A DNA stretch of 64,000 nucleotides from Centroscyllium fabricii. Taxonomy: Eukaryota. The stretch spans positions 9,486,001-9,550,000 of the forward strand of contig JBNRSN020000010.1 in the NCBI GenBank assembly GCA_051313645.2. The letters are read 5' to 3'. The translations under genes were made by a program, and so were the position numbers. Below, in pieces: positions 62,600 to 64,000 of this stretch (within the stretch, counting starts at the first letter, position 1; every line of letters starts with the position of its first letter). The notes beneath the pieces are model-generated. The model was not told where the DNA came from. It made no database searches and was given only the letters and a program-made list of their open reading frames with translations.

Positions 62600-64000
62600 G
62601 TGGACCGTAGATTCACCATCATCGCTAGTGTAAGTGAAAGGAACCACGAGTATAGGATGCGCACATTTAGCACCAGTGTAGGTGTATGCATAACACGTGA
62701 ACCAGAAGTGTGAATCAGTGTATGTGTAGGGCACCACAGCTAGTGAACGAGCACGGCCACTACCAAAGTAAATGTAGGAGTACCACTCGTCCCGAGGAGC
62801 ACTGTTATCTCTAGTGTAATGTAGGGGCACCACTAATACAAGCGCAAATTACTGACACCTATTGGAAGTGTAGCGGTACTAATTCAAGCAGAGGAAAATG
62901 GATAACTCTCCTCTACGTTTAGGATTACAAAAAGTGTAAGAGGAGCAGGGTCACATCTAGTGTAGGAGGAGGACTGTCGCCAGTAGTGTAGGAGCAGCAC
63001 GATTAACTCTACTGTAGGAGTAGAACGGTCAGCAATAGTGTAGAAGGACAACGGTGATCACTAGTGTAGGAGGAGCACGGCCAGCATATTGTGCAGGATG
63101 AGCATGGTGAGCATTGGTAGGAGGAGGACGGCCAGCACTAGTGTAGAAGCAGGACCGCCAACGAAATGTTAATGTATGTGTTCCTGTAGTGTAGGTGGAG
63201 CACGGTGAATACTAGTATTGTGTAGGGGTTCCACTAGCGTAGATGGAGAACGGTCAAAAGTAGTGATAGCGTTGGAGTTCCATTGGTGTAAGAGGAGCAT
63301 AGTCAACATTACCGTTAGTGTAGGTGTGCTCCTAGTGTAGGATGAGCACGGGAAGCATAAGTCATAGAGTAGCGGCTACAGTGGTGTGTATAGAGCACGG
63401 TAAACACGAGCATTGTTGTACTGGTTGCACTCGTGTAGTAGGAACAGGGTCAACACTTGTGCTAGTGTAGAAATTCCACTAGTGTAGGAGGAGCCCGATC
63501 AAAATAATTGATAGTGTAGCGGATAAACTTCTACAGGAAGATCATATGCACCTCTAGTTTTAGAGGAGGTGTTACACTTCTGGGGTGGAGCACGGTCAAC
63601 ACGTGTGGTAGTGCAATCTTTCCACTAGTGAAGGAGGAGCACCGTCAACACTAGTGTTAGTGCAGAGTTAAACATAATGTAGGTGGAGCACGGTCAACAC
63701 TATTGTTAGTGCAGGTGTTCCACTACGGTAGGAGGAGCACGGTCAACACTAGTGTTAGTGTAGGGATTACAATAATGTTTGTGGAGCCCGGTCAACACAA
63801 GTGCTAGATTAGTGGTTCCACTAGTGTAGGTGGAGCATATTGAACACTAGTCTAGGAGGAGCACGACTAGCACTAGTGTTTGTGTAGGGGAGGAGGAGCA
63901 CGTCAAATGTGGTGTTAGTGTAGGGCTAGCATAGTGTAGGCGGAGCCCGGTCAACACAAGTGCTAGTGTAGTGGGTCCACGAGTTTGGGAGTAGCATGGT
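62600..64000 (+). repeat. Diverged satellite with 49-bp (26+23) dimeric unit, continuing past the window end
   Basis: gtcaaca at 63644, 63693 and 63742 (period 49). Approximate units CACTAGTGTAGGAGGAGCACGGTCAA and CACTAGTGTTAGTGTAGGGGTTC. Confidence 0.9.

Overview
Eukaryotic, repeat-dominated DNA, almost certainly from a cartilaginous fish (shark). This is inferred from an HE1-type SINE, shark-style CR1/Penelope/Harbinger repeats and a GPR139/GPR142-like receptor gene. One host gene is supported: an intact two-exon class A GPCR (join 32113..32182, 32919..33808; 319 aa) lying about 400 bp downstream of a 4.6-kb diverged 26-bp satellite; a related 26+23-bp satellite runs off the right end. The rest is nested mobile DNA: many CR1 LINEs (one young copy whose ORF2 is broken only at two poly-G runs), three decayed Gypsy elements, a solo LTR, a retrovirus-like pol remnant, Penelope-like pieces, Tx1 and L2 fragments, two decayed PIF/Harbinger elements with several 3-bp-TSD MITEs, and tandem hAT MITEs. 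The most unusual structures are a 1-kb whole-element palindrome carrying hammerhead-ribozyme motifs, a MITE containing a hairpin array with flip/flop loops, a possible satellite-plus-GPCR duplication cassette, and a 493-bp templated insertion. No new system is proven. All family assignments come from recalled motifs, not database searches, and boundaries of decayed repeats are approximate.
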